A stretch of DNA of 64,000 nucleotides from contig JBODTK010000107.1 in the NCBI GenBank assembly GCA_050613775.1, positions 186,001-250,000 on the forward strand, written 5' to 3'. Shown piece after piece: positions 1 through 16,483 of this stretch. Every line of letters begins with the position of its first letter. Positions within the stretch are counted from its first letter, which is position 1. Origin of the DNA: Neocallimastix sp. 'constans'. Taxonomy: Eukaryota. Under the pieces are notes generated by a model, which saw only the letters and a program-made list of their open reading frames with translations, was not told where the DNA came from and ran no database searches. A program made the translations under genes and the position numbers.

Positions 1-84
1 ATTCTATATAAAATTTTAATGATATATTCATAAAAATGTTTTTTTAAAAATAATATATTTATATATATATATATATGTAACAAG

Positions 85-294
85 ACTGTAATGATAATAT
101 ATGTTTTAGTGTGGCTATTTGATGGATTACCATTTTTAAGAGTTGCATTCTCAATCTTTTGTCATTTAATATATAGTATATCGTTAAACGAATTTCCGGA
201 TATCCAATTTTCAAGTCCTTCATTTATATTTTCATGTGGTAAATTTTAATAACTTATAAATTTACATTAGTAGTAGTAGTAGTAGTAGTATTTA

Positions 295-345
<51 letters not shown>

Positions 346-583
346 TATTTATTTATTATTATTAAATAATACTATTATAATGATTTAATTTTAATAATGT
401 AATAAATTTCAAAATGTAGTTCTTGTCATAGTCGATCATTTTGTATGGTTCAACTATTTCACTAAATACTATTTTCCATTTAATGAAATTGTTTGTTTCT
501 TTGGAATATGTGTCTGGGCGGTTCCGTTTGAATTCTTTATTTCATTAAGTGCTAATGATAATACTTTGCCATATGGTAAGTAA

Positions 584-648
<65 letters not shown>

Positions 649-891
649 ATTCAAATTTTAAATAAAAAAGTATTAATATTAATTTTAATATATTTTATTA
701 CATAATAAATTAAAATTATAATAAAAAAAAAAAAAAAAAAAAAAAAAAACATTTAAAATAAAATATAATAAATAATAATATATATATATATATTAGAAAA
801 TTATAATAGTCAACAAAGGAAGAAGAATAACTTTGTAAAGAAAATTGTTAATATTTTATTAATGAGAGAAGATAATAAACCAAGGGCATAA
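85..891 (+). CDS. SVP26: 3' part of Svp26/Erv26/TEX261-family ER-Golgi transmembrane adaptor; exons 85-238, 420-575, 797-891; 5' exon(s) lie before the window
   Basis: Not in the ORF track. Spliced translation TVMIIYVLVWLFDGLPFLRVAFSIFCHLIYSISLNEFPDIQFSSPSFIFSC-VLVIVDHFVWFNYF...FFGICVWAVPFEFFISLSANDNTLPY-ENYNSQQRKK...KPRA*. WLxDGLP and GICVWxVPFxxFxSLSANDNxLP are family motifs. GT..AG introns are phase-compatible. Confidence 0.88.
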
Positions 892-1784
892 ATAATTTAT
901 TGAGATATAAAAGATTTCTGTTTTTTATAATTTATTTTTCATTATTCATACATAATTTTTTTTTTTAAAAAAAATATAAATAAAAAAAAAAAGTCAAATC
1001 ATAAAATAATTAATACTGTATTAATAATTATACTACAAAATATTATATATATAATTATATATATGTATATATCTTTTTTAATATCAATATAATTAATAAA
1101 ATAAAATAAAACAATATTATTCATTATTTTAAAGCACATTTAATCTTTTAAAATTTTAAATATGTATATATTTTTATTTATAGAAGTTATTAAAAAAAAT
1201 AATCAGAAATCTTTTTTCTTTTTTCTTTTCTTTTTTTTTTTTTTTTATTATTTATTTAAAAAAAATTATTTCTATTAAAACAAAAAAAAAAAAAGAATAC
1301 ATTTTCTAAAATATAAATAAATAATTTTTATTATTTATTTATTTATTTATTTTCTTTCTTTTTTCTTTTTTGATATATAGTTATAATAAAATGAAACAAA
1401 TTGATTTTTACATATTATAAAAAATTAAAATAATAAAAAAAAAATGAAATATATATTTTATTATAATTATTATTATTATCTAAATACTTTATGAAATAAA
1501 AAAAATATAAATATTAAAATTAATATGAAAACTACTTTATAAATAAAAAAAAAATGATGATAATAGAATATATTTTTCTTTTTTAAACTTTCCTTTAATA
1601 AAAAAAAAAAAAAAAAAAAAAAATAGAAATAGAAATTCAAAATAAAAATTAAATTGAGCATAAAAGAAAAAACATTATTTGATAATTATTATTATTATCC
1701 TGAATTTAATTTAAATATTATTATTATTTTTTATTTTTTTTTTTTTTTTTTTTTTTTTATTGGTTTTAATTATTAGTAAGGGTT

Positions 1785-4700
1785 TTAAGCATTTACTGGT
1801 AAAAGTACATCAAATGATCCTGTACCATTATGTACTGGTTGACCCATAACAATTCTTGATGATGGACTATCTAAGTAATCAATTTCACCATTTCTATATA
1901 GAAAACAATAATAATAATTATAATATTTATAATATTAGTTAATAATAATAATTATAATATTAATAATATTAGTTAATAAAAAAAAAGAATAATTAAATAA
2001 CAATATTAATTAAATAAATAAAATATATATTATATTTTATCCATAATAGATTTATAGATTAATAATGAAAAAAAAAAAAATAAAAATAAATAAACAGTTT
2101 TAAAAAAATTCGTAAATTAAATTAAAATAAATAAAATAAAATTAAAAATAATAATAATAATAATAAAAACTTACAATGTAGCAGAGGTAAGGAAACTCAT
2201 AGTAGTTTCATAACTCATAGAAACAAATGGACTTGGATTAGAAGCAATACCCATTCTATTGAATGGCTTATAAGCACCTTCAAAGGTCATGTAATCAGCA
2301 ATTAAACTTAAGTGACGTCTATCGACACTAATACCATATACACCAAATACACTATCAATTTCCTTAATGATAGCACCACGTGCTGCTTCAACACCATAAG
2401 TACGAAGAATAGCAGCAATATCATTAGAATAAATCTTATTAAGATCTATTTGATCAGAGAACCACCATAAGCCCTTTAAGTTAACACCTTCAGTAGCTAA
2501 GTTCTTTGTTTTATCATTTTCACTTTCATTTTGAATTGGATAACACTTTGAAATACCCTTAATTTCACGAATAACGGTCTTATGACAAATATCTTCAGCA
2601 ATACCAAGCATTAAAATCTTCTTAGTATTTGATGGGAATTTGAAATCAATTTCACAAGTATTATCCTTCTTATTAAAGTGATAACGGGATGCCCACTTGG
2701 ATCCTGAAATAATCTTGGCAATATTTTGCTTGGAATTAATTTTTTCTTCTTCACCATCGACATCCATATCTTCATTTTCTTCATCAACATCCATAGTATC
2801 TTCCATTTCTTTTTCTAACTTTTCTAATATCTTCTTATCTTCTTCATCTGGTCCTTCATAAGAAGCTTGTTGCTTTTGTTTCTTAGCTAAGCTAGCATTG
2901 GTAGCATCATCTTCTTCATCATCCTTTACCTTTTGGTTCTTGTTAATCTTTTCAATTTCACCATTTTCGAAGGAACCAAGTTCTACACCGATAATGGCAT
3001 CAGCTTCTTCTCTTTCTTCAGCAAGACCCTTAACAGAAGTCTTGAGGACCTTTTGAATGGCCTTTTCCATACCCTTAATAAATCTTAAAAGAATACACTT
3101 TTCAATATCCTTAGTAGAAACTTCATATTCTTCAGTACTATCCTTGTTTGACCATAACGATAATTTAACAGTGTAAATCTTGTATCTCTTACCAAAGTTA
3201 TCTTTGCTCTTTAAGGTTTCAATGACTTCTAAGTGGTTGATAACGTTAGCTAAAACTAACTTGGAAAGTTGACAACAAATACGCTTTGACATACTATCAG
3301 AGACATTATCCTTTAATGGAAGAGTCATCATTGGTGTTTGAATGTGATCAGAGGCTGTCATAATAATTTCACGTAAACGTGGAATACCAAGGGTAACGTT
3401 CTTAGCACCAAAACCAGCAAAGTGGAAAGTGTTTAAGGTCATTTGAGTACTTGGTTCACCAATACTTTCAGCAGCTAATAAACCAACAGATTCTCCTGGT
3501 TCAATTACAGCAGACATATACTTTAAGTTCATTAAAGCCTTAAACTTCTTACCAGTAATACCAGATTTACCACCTTTACCATTCTTATCCTTTTCCACTA
3601 AGATATGATCTGGGTTCTTTTCAATGTATTCAGTAAGTTTCTTGTAGAAAGCATCACTAGTACTACCAATGTATCTTGATGGGGAAAATTTACTTAAGGA
3701 GGTATCATATTTAGATGGCTTCTTAACAGATTTCTTCATGTACTTTTCAGCTTCATTAGCAATAATGTAAGGTGAGGAAACAACCATTGGAAGCTTTAAC
3801 TTATTAACAGCAGCATAGTAGTTCTTGGCCCAAAAACCAAATTGGTTTAAGGTCTTTTGCTTTTGAACATCCAAAGAGTCTTCACCATACAAGAATTGTA
3901 CAACACTACCATCACTATCACGAACTGTATTATCATATTGAACTCTTAAACCTTCCAAATGCTTAACTAAACATCTTTGTAAGTAACCAGATCTAGAAGT
4001 CTTTACAGCTGTATCAATTAAACCTTCACGACCAGCCATACAGTGGAAGAAGTATTCTTGTGGTTTAATACCGGTCAAGAAACGACCAGCAATATAACCA
4101 CCTGCTCTAGCGGAAGTATCAAATGGTTGGAAAGATGGAAGCGTCTTACCAGAAACCATAACTGGAACTCTTCTACCTTCTAACTCTTGTTGTCCAAGTA
4201 AACATGAAATTTGACTGACATTAACGTTACTACCCTTAGCACCAGAAACAGTCATCTTTTGCATGTTATTGACTGGGAATTTTCTATAAAGATGGTTTGG
4301 AATACAAGAAGAAATAATTTCAGAAGTAATACTATTAAACTTTCCCTTCATACTACCATCCAAGTTGGCAAGACTTTCATCTGAACGAATAATATGTTCT
4401 AAACGCTTCTTTAATTCAACATCATACTCACTTTCCTTGTAAATAGATTTTCCATTTTCATCAATAACGTTGGTGTGTTTTAATGCTGTCTTCTTACCAG
4501 CAATGACACTCTTCTTAATGATTTCTTTTCTGATCTTATCACCTTCTGGAGTTAATAATAAATCATCCATTCTACAGGAGAAACCGGTGTGTTGAAGATA
4601 GTTAGTTAAAAGACGAGATAAAATAGATAATAATTTACCAGCGTATGGAGCACCGTAAACTTCATAAACAGCATGAACTAAACCATTAGCGGAAGCACCC

Positions 4701-7345
4701 AATTGAGATTTATCCATAATACCTTGTGCAAGATAACCATCACAAACAATAACTTTTTGTTCTTCTTCAGCAACCTTACCCCAGTATCTTCCTGGAATCT
4801 TAGCCTTAGATTCTAAGTTCAATGGTTTATTATGACCAGTCAAGTTTAACAAAATAGTGGAAATAATTTGTTTACCAGTCCACATTGGATAAGGCTTAAT
4901 AATAGCTGGAGTGAGAGTAACTACTCTACCGTTAAAACCAATTGGAACATCATCTTCAATACTACCATTACCTTCAGTATTAGTGGCACCAATACCACCT
5001 TCACATCTTAAGGCAGCATAGACTAATTGCATATATTCACCCTTATCAAAGAAAGAATCCTTACTTGTCATACCGACACCGGCACAAACGTGATCTTGAA
5101 TTAAACCACGTAAAACACCACCATCAGTTGGGACAAGATATTGTTGATCGGTTCTAGCAATAAGCATAGCTTCAGCTCTGGCGGTATCACTTTGTAAGAA
5201 GTGAAGATTCATTTCATCACCATCAAAATCAGCATTATAGGTATTACAATTAGCATAATGCATACGTAAAGTTTTTTCCTTAGGAAGAATACGAGCAGTG
5301 TGTGCCATAATAGATGGTTTGTGTAAAGTAGGTTGACGATTCATAAGAACATAATCACCATTTCTAATGTGACGATATACCTTCTTATTAGTGTGGGCTT
5401 GAATTTGCATATCATTTGATTCAATAGAAGGTGTCAATAATTGATTAGCAACAGCCATTCTGGCAGTCATATCAAGAGATTTTAAGTTTAATAAAGTACC
5501 ATTAGAATCTTGAACATGAGTGGCACCCGGCCAAACATCTGGACCGTTAATAACGCATTGACGTAATTCATTAACATTATATTGAGTAACAGCTTCTGGG
5601 TAAGTTAATCTGACAGCAAAAGCAGGTGGAATACCAATTTCATTGGTTTCAATGTTAACATCTGGTGAAATAACAGAACGAGCAGCATAATTAACACGCT
5701 TACCCATCATGTGCTTACGGAATAAACCTTCCTTCTTTTCTAAGACTTGTCTAATACCTGGAGTAAGTGGTTTACCATCCTTAGTATATTGATTTGGATT
5801 AGTAGTATTATCAAGCATAGTATTGACAGAAATTTGTAAATTAATCCAACTATTAATAATACGATTATCTTGAGTAATTTCTTCAGCATCACTCTTTTCT
5901 AAGGATTTAGATTGATGGTGAACATCAATAATATAATTTATTTGTTTTAAAATGTTTTCTAAGTGAGCATTTTGAGCATGTTGATGAGCAACACCATTCA
6001 CCTTAGAAGCTGGTCTGAAACGAGATGGTGAAACTGGAATAACATCAAGGAAGAAAATCTTGTAAGAAGATTCACGTTTACCATTACCAACATTCTTACC
6101 ATAAATTAAATCAAGAATTTCTTTTTCATTCTTCCATAATAATTCCATATGTCTTAAAGTATCTAATGGAGTAATGAACTTACCTTCAGACTTACTGTTA
6201 ATTTCTTCATCTGAATCATAGTATTCGTTTGTTTCGGTTTTAAATAATGGTTCAAATGAAATACCTTTAGCATTCATAATTGCTCTACTCTTACTTGGTA
6301 ATTCTTTTTGGAAAATTTTATGGCAACCTTCCTTTCTCAACTTTGGAGAAATACCTTTACAGTTATGACATGTAACGGCCGGTATATCCTTTAAAAATTC
6401 TTTTTCTAATTTATGTAATTCTAAATTTAATAAAGTAGACTTAACATATTGATTTGGATTTTCAGCAATCATTTCATCAGTATGTTTTTTTATTTCTTCA
6501 ATAATTTCATCTTCAGATAAAGATGGAGTTTTCTTAGCACCTTCGTCTTCAAATCTAATTGGATTAATTCTTTGAATGAATTCATCAATTTCTTTAGCTT
6601 CAGTTAATAAACCTGCATACATAAGTCTATATTTGGCAATATAACTTGCCATCTATATTTATAGTAAAAATATTTGATCATATCATTTATTATTATTATT
6701 ATTATGTTTATTAATTTTGTAATATATATATTTATTTTATATTTTATGGAGTTACAATAAAAAAAAATAATAAAATTAAAAAAAACAATTAATAAATTAT
6801 AAAAATATAAAAAAAAAAAAAACTTGTAATAAAAATAGATAAATAATATATAGATAATAATATACCTTAACTCTTCCAGTTCTAAAATGGTGACAGCAGA
6901 AACATAATGATTGCATCAATTTATATAATGTCTTAAAAACAATAGTATTATATAATGGAACTGGTAATTCAATATGACCAAAGTGACCAGGACATTCAAA
7001 ATAACCTAAACCACAAGTATGACAACTAAATTAAAATTTGAAAAAAAAAATAATATATTTTTATTAAAAGATTTTAATACAAAGATTTTAATTTCTTTGT
7101 TTAGGAAAAATATATAATATTGAACATTTAATAAAAAATTAAATAAAAATATATATATACCTATCTTCACGTTCATATGGACCTAAAGCTAAATCATAAA
7201 GACCACCAGTGGTTGGATGACCTAAATTATCCAAAGTAACTGGATTGGTAATTTGCTTTACAGAAAGTTTTCTAATTTCATCTGAGGTGTAAAATGAAAA
7301 TGAAACTGAAGAAACTTTTTTTAATACTGGATTTTCGATATTCAT
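1785..7345 (-). CDS. RPA190: DNA-directed RNA polymerase I largest subunit (RPA1/RPA190/POLR1A); exons 7345-7161, 7025-6866, 6652-2175, 1893-1785 (4932 nt, ~1643 aa)
   Basis: Catalytic YNADFDGDEMN motif; clamp Zn motif CHTC...CPGHFGHIEL in exon 2; GLFRKHMMGKRVN; TQMTLNTFHFAG; Pol I-type acidic insertion; C-terminal DSPSSRIVMGQPVHNGTGSFDV without a heptad CTD. Exon total is divisible by 3 with GT..AG junctions. Confidence 0.97.
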
Positions 7346-8122
7346 TTTTAATTTTTTAAATTATTATTTAAATTTTCATGTGTTTTCTTTTTTTTAAAAT
7401 ATGTAAGAACATTGTATAAATACATATATATATATAAAAAAAAAAAAGAAAATTAGTATTTCAACTTTAAAAAAATAACAATAGAATATATATATAAAAT
7501 TCTTTTTTTTTTTTTTCAAATTGATTATGAAATATAACTTCTTCATTTTATATTAGTTAATAAAAAATTCTACACTATTATTCTACACTATTATTTATTA
7601 TATATAAATTGATTTATTATATATTTTATATCTTTACATTATATACTATAAATTTGAGATTTTAAAAATATGTTTTAAAATTTTATTTTCCTAACATTTA
7701 AAATCTTTTAAAATGATTTTGAGATTTCATTAATAATTTTAAATGTTTAAAATTTGGGAATTTTTTATTACTGCTGTATAAAAAATGAAAAAAAAAAAAT
7801 TCTTATGTATATATTTTTAAAATATTTTAAATACTAATAATTTTATTAACCTTTGTAGAAAATATATATAAAGTATTTCACTTCAAGTAGATTAATTAAA
7901 TCCAAAAAAAAAAAAAAAAAAAATCTAATTATTAAATTTAATATAAATAATATGTTTTATTAAATAAATTAAAATAAATTAAGATAAATAATTAAATAAA
8001 GAATAGAAGGAATATAAATAATTTAAATAATTTAGGTATTCAAATGTTTATGCTCTTTTTTCTTTTTTTTCTTTTTTTAACAAATTTTAAAATTTCATTC
8101 CTTTTTTTCTCTTTTTTTTTTG

Positions 8123-8155
<33 letters not shown>

Positions 8156-9230
8156 TAAAAAAAAAGTTCACAATTTTACTAAAAAATTATATTAATATTT
8201 TATTAATTTTTTTTTTTTTTTTTTTAAATTTTAAAAAAAAAAAATATAATATACACAATAAATATAATACAGTATTAATGTTTTATATATTTTCAATATA
8301 TTCAAACTAAAAATTATATTTTACATAAAATAAGAATAAAATTTTATCCAATCATTACTTTTTTTTTTTTTTTTTTAATCAATTTAATAATATATAAATT
8401 TTTATAACATAAAACGTAATGATACATAATATAAATACATTATATTACACATTACTTTTAATAATACGTAAACAATTTTTAAATTTAGATCAAAAAAAAA
8501 AAAACAAAAAGATGGTTTTGATGTATGATAAAATAGTAGAACTTTATTAAATAATAAAATAATATTTAAAAAATAATAATAATAATATTATTATTATTAC
8601 CTTTATAAATTATTATTATCATTATTATTACCTTTATAAATTATTTTTATTATTTATTATTTATTATTATTTCTTTATCAATAATAAATTAATATTTATT
8701 ATTATTATTATTGATAATATTTACGAAATTTTAATAATACACAAACATAAAAAAAATAATTACAGTAATAATAAAATTAAAATATAATAATTATATATAT
8801 AATATTTAAATTTAAAATTTATTTATATATTTAATAATTATTATTACATATATATAAATATATATATATATTTTTAATTATCATTCTTTATTTTATAAAA
8901 AAAAAAAAGAATAAATATAATAATATTTATTTTATATTATTATTTATTTTTTCTTTTTTATTATGTATAAAATATTTTTTTTCTCTCTTAATTTTATTTA
9001 TTTATTTATTTATTTATTATATTTCCTATTTTATTATTTTTTTAATATTTCTTTTTTATTTTTTTTCTTCCCTTTAATATTATATAAATAAAATTATTAT
9101 TAATTTATTATATTAAAAAATAATATATTTAATTATTATTTTTTTTTTTACTGATTTTTTTTTTTTTTTTGGTTTAATAAACATTAATTAATATTATATA
9201 AATATCAATAAATATAAAAATATTAATAAT

Positions 9231-11132
<1,902 letters not shown>

Positions 11133-11201
11133 TTCTTTTTAAAATAAATTATATTTTATATTAAATAAATTTATTTCAATATTTGAATTTATTTTATTAG
11201 G

Positions 11202-11260
<59 letters not shown>

Positions 11261-11737
11261 GTAGGTATTTAAAATTTAATAAAAATTATTAGTTAAAATG
11301 GTTGATTCATTATTTTATAAAATATTTTTATCATTTAATAAAAAAAATTTTTTTTTTCTTCGTCTTCTCAGTATTATTATATAAAATAAATGTGATATAT
11401 TATATATTTACTATGTATCTTTTATTTTGTTAGCTTTTCTGTTATAAACAAATATAAATCTTATAAATACGAATAAATAATAAATGTCCTTTAAATCCAT
11501 GAAATTTCTAATTAATTTATTTTTTACAAAAATTGATAATTTATTAAATGATATTGAAAAGTAAATTATATTTCAATAGCTTACTTATTAATAATATCAA
11601 AGCTATTAAGTTATAATCGACTTTTTACTCTATATTTTTATTGAATTTTCATTTTTTAATATAATATCTCATAATAAAACAATTGACTATAAATAATTAT
11701 TATAATGAATAATGCAAAAGTTAATTATTGGAAATCA

Positions 11738-11768
<31 letters not shown>

Positions 11769-12385
11769 ATTTTAATTACATTATAATTTTTATTTAATAT
11801 TTTAATAAACATTATGATAAACATTATATATATATTTTATGTTTAAGTATGCAATAAATTTCTATTTCATTTAGAATAAAAAAATTTAATATTAAATTGT
11901 TTTTAATAACAAATACTTTAAATTCATTTTATTAAAAAATAATAATTTCGTTTTAAATTGTTTTTAAAACAAAATTAAATTTTGTTTTTCATTTTTCCTT
12001 TTTTTCCTTTTCTTCTTTTTTTTAAAAAAAATGTTTTTTTTTTTTTTTTTTTTTTTATTATTTTTTTATCGTCTATATTTTTGTCTATATAAATATATAT
12101 ATAAATTGTCTTTAATAATTCTTTTAATAAAAATAATATTTTTTGGATTATTTAAAACCACAATTTTCCATAATTGATATGAATAAAATTTATTTATTTA
12201 TTGTTGTACATAATATACTTTTCTTTAGATTACTATTTATTTTATAACACAATATTAATTTCTCAGTTATTATATTTTAAATTTTTTTCAATAATGAAAC
12301 TCTTTTTCTTTTAATGAATTTTTTATAGTATTAATTAATTATTGCTTACTTTTTACAAATTAATTTTTACTATAATTGTTATAAA

Positions 12386-12416
<31 letters not shown>

Positions 12417-12454
12417 ACCAATAACATCGGAAAAATGTAATTTATATATATTAC

Positions 12455-12494
<40 letters not shown>

Positions 12495-13979
12495 TTAATT
12501 TATTAATTTAATGGTAAATATTAATATTTATCAACCACTTTATTATATAATATTTAACACATAACCAAAGAATTAAATATATGTAATTAATCATTTCATT
12601 TATTCAAATAATTTATATAATTTCTATTAATTTTATAGATTTAAAATTATAAAATACTATTAAGTAAAAAAAAGTTTAATGAATGAGCATTATAAATTTT
12701 AAATATAATAATATAAAGTCATTTTGAATATTTTGGAAACATAGTATACAATTTAGTATAATAAAATAAAAATAAACATTTTATAATTTTATGCAATTTT
12801 TTGATTTATTATTATATAAAATTTAAATGTCTTGAGTAATTTATATATTATTTTAAAGATTAGAATAAATAATAATCTAATGGACTTCTTTAATACTATA
12901 TAATCTTATCCTATAATTAATTTAATTAAATTTTTAATTAAAAAAAATTTTTTTTTTAATTTTTAAATTTAAAATTATTATATAAAACAAAAAGAAATAA
13001 TTTTTAAATAGCCAATAGTTTTACTTTAAATGAAAAGTGAAAATCTCAATATTGAAAATTTTTTTAAAAAAATTTAAAAAATAAAAATATTTAAAAAAAA
13101 AGATTTTTTTTGCTTAAATAATTTAAATAATAGTTCAACTGAAGTTTATAATTCATTTTCAAAAGTCATTTACTTTAAAGTTGAAATAATAAAAATTTTA
13201 TAGATTATTAATGAACAATTATATGTATAAATTATATAATTTATAGATTATACAAATTTTTTTATTTTAAAATATTTACAATTAAACTTTTTTTTTTAAT
13301 TTTTTATTAATAATTAATTTTTAATTTATAAAAATACAATAAAAGGTTTGTCTTTGTTGATTTAAAATTATTACAAGTACAAATATTTGCAAATTTTGCT
13401 TTATTTCTAAATATATTATCATATTAATTTAACCAAAAAAAAAGGACCTTTAATTTTTTTTTACTAAACTACAACTTTCATTTGAATATTTACATAAATT
13501 ATTAAATAACATTTTTTTTAATATAGATTATTAAAATTTTAATTTCTTTCTTACTATTTCTCTATTTCTTCTTTTTTTTTTTTTTTTATTATTTAAATAT
13601 TTAAAATGAAAAATTTTATATATATTATATATTTAGATAATTTTTTATATGTTTTATTATGCTTAATATTTACGATAATAATAAAATTAGATAAAATGAA
13701 GAAAGAAATTAACAAAATTTAAACATTTATTCATTACATAATTGTTAACCTTTCCATAAATAAAATAATAATAATAATAATAAATATATATATATATATA
13801 TTTTCACTAATTTTTATTTTAGCACATTAACTTATTTTATTTAAGATATAATAATGAAAATACCATAAATTTTATTACTATTTATTATATATATATATAT
13901 ATATATGTTAATATAATAAATTAGTTTTATTCATATAAAAGAAATAGCTATCATACTTTCAAATAATATAATCTTTACA

Positions 13980-14029
<50 letters not shown>

Positions 14030-14704
14030 CTTAAATTAAAAATATTTAAAAAACAAATATACTGCTTTAATTCTTACATCATAAACTTGATCCTTAAATA
14101 ACTTAATAATATAATTTTATTAATTTATTTTTATTTTATAAAAATATTTTATTAAATAATAGTATATATTATTTAAATTTTTTTTTTTTTTTAAAAAAAA
14201 AAAAGCAATAATAAATGAATATAATGAATATTAATCTAAATAAATAATACTTTTTTTTTTTAAAAAAAAAAAATTATTAATCGGTTTTAAATAATTCAAC
14301 CATAAAAGAACTATAAATTAATAATTATATTAAATAGATTCTAAACGGAATAATGTATAATAATAAAAAATAAGAATTGTGACTATGGTGGTTGACTAAC
14401 CAATAAATAAAAATCAATTAATATAAAAAATATATATAATATATAAAATATTAAATAATTATAAATTTAATACTTTTTTTTTTATGTAGCAAAAAAGCTT
14501 TAAATTATATTTTTTTATATAGAATGATTAAATCCCAATTTAATATTTAAAATATTAAGTTAGGATTTAATAATAAGAAAAATGCTATTTTATATTTTTG
14601 AAAAACAAAAATGTGAGAAAAAATAATTTCATATATTCTTAAAAAATAATTTAACTTTGAAATTAGCCATCAAAGCAAAAAATTTTTTTAGACTATAAAC
14701 TTTA

Positions 14705-15080
14705 TTTCTAATTAAAAAAATTTAATAATTAACACTAATTTTTTGTTCAGAATAAATATAAATATTTCAAATATTAGGCAGTAAAAAGATATTTTCATAT
14801 ATACTTCATATCTTCATATTACTGTTATATTAAAAAATTATATATTATTTATTCTGAATAATAAATAATTAGATATATATAGAATATCAATATTTTATAT
14901 AGTTATTTTTATTATTAAAATCAATATCAATGTTATATAGTTTTTTTATTATTAATATTAATATCAATATTATATTTTATTATTAAAATTTTAATAAAAT
15001 AAAAAAACTATATAACTAAAAATTGATAGAAATTAAGATAAAATATAAAAGAGCAATAATAAAACATTTTTAACATATTA
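14705..15080 (+). repeat. ~375-bp near-identical direct copy of 16003-16383 (internal part of a MITE-like element)
   Basis: Shared text such as aacactaatttttt(g/a)ttcagaataaatataaatatttc(a/c)aatattaggcagt and cttcatatcttcatattactgttatatt...gagcaataataaaacat. Confidence 0.9.
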
Positions 15081-15312
15081 TTATTATTGGTAAAAAAAAA
15101 AAAAAATTAAAAATTAAAATTTTATATTAAAAAGATATGTTTTAAGTTTCAAATAAGAAATAGCCCTTCCTATATAATATAATGATGTCATTAAAAAAGT
15201 GCTATTACAAAAGCTATATTTGTTTTATTATTTTCATTTTTAATAAAAAAAAAAAAAAAAAAAAAAAAAGAAAAAGGTGAAAATAACCCTATATATTTTA
15301 TATAAATAAACA

Positions 15313-15525
15313 GGGAGTTGTATTCGACAAGTAGAGTATTGATATAAATAAATATTAATTCAAAATAATTTTCTTTAAAATTGTTTTTATTCAATAATAA
15401 TAATATTTAATTTTATTTATTTATTTTATATAATAATTTTTGACTTGGCGAAATGCCACATTTTTTAATACGCCACATGCTTTCAAAAAATGGCGAAATG
15501 CAACCTGGAGAAATGCACCACTCCC
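15313..15525. mobile_element. Short MITE-like element with GGGAG...CTCCC termini and a candidate 9-bp TSD (Mutator-like)
   Basis: Starts gggagttgtattcg and ends gaaatgcaccactccc. Flanks aaataaaca (15304-15312) and aaataaata (15526-15534) match 8/9, although in AT-rich DNA. Confidence 0.5.
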
Positions 15526-15673
15526 AAATAAATACTATATTATATATATATAAATTATTGAAATAATTATACATATAATTTTAAAAACTTTATATTGTTT
15601 TATATAATGCATAATAATATTTATTATTGAACCATATTTAATGTTTGGTCAATTGATTCTTATCGTAAATTTG

Positions 15674-16483
15674 AATGTGTATCATTTAGCAATTGGGCAT
15701 TTCACATGTGGCTTAAAATTTTAAATTAATTGCCACATTATATAATTCTTTTAACCAATAAATAAATAATTAAATAAATAATTAAATAAATAATTAAATA
15801 AATAATAAAAATCATTTTTGAATAAGTAAATAAGTCTTTAAATATCTTATTATAAAATATTTTATTATAATAAATCATAAATCATAAATAGTAAATAATA
15901 ATAATAAGTAATAAATAATAAATAATAAATAATAAATAAATAAATAATAAATAATAAATAAATATATAAATAAAAAATAAATAAATAAATAAATATTTTA
16001 TGTTTCTAATTAAAAAAAATTAATAATTAACACTAATTTTTTATTCAGAATAAATATAAATATTTCCAATATTAGGCAGTAAAAAAATATTTTCATATAT
16101 ACTTCATATCTTCATATTACTGTTATATTAAAAAATTATATATTATTTATTCTGAATAATAAATAATTATATATATATATATAGAATATCAATATTTTAT
16201 ATAGTTATTTTTATTATTAAAATCAATATCAATGTTATATAGTTTTTTTATTATTAATATTAATATCAATATTATATTTTATTATTAAAATTTTAATAAG
16301 ATAAAAAAAACTATATAACTAAAAATTGATAGAAATTAAGATAAAATATAAAAGAGCAATAATAAAACATATTTAACATATTTATTTTTTTTATTTAATA
16401 TTTTTTAATTATTTATTTATTTATTTATATGTTTATTTTTTATAAATATTTTAAGCCACATTTTGTGAAATGCACACCTCCCC
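15674..16483. mobile_element. Non-autonomous TIR (MITE-like) element
   Basis: Left end ...gggcatttcacatgtggcttaaaat is inverted relative to right end attttaagccacattttgtgaaatgcacacctccc. Both ends and the inner sequence recur at 49483-49938. Flanks gtaaatttg and ataaattta match 7/9. Confidence 0.7.

Noticed and set aside
1476..1661. Short ORFs rich in F/K/I/L (also 8044, 15191, 16565, 17775, 30907, 35024, 37267, 58845, 61093, 62996)
   Set aside because: They are translations of poly(A)/poly(T) runs and microsatellites with no protein-like composition.
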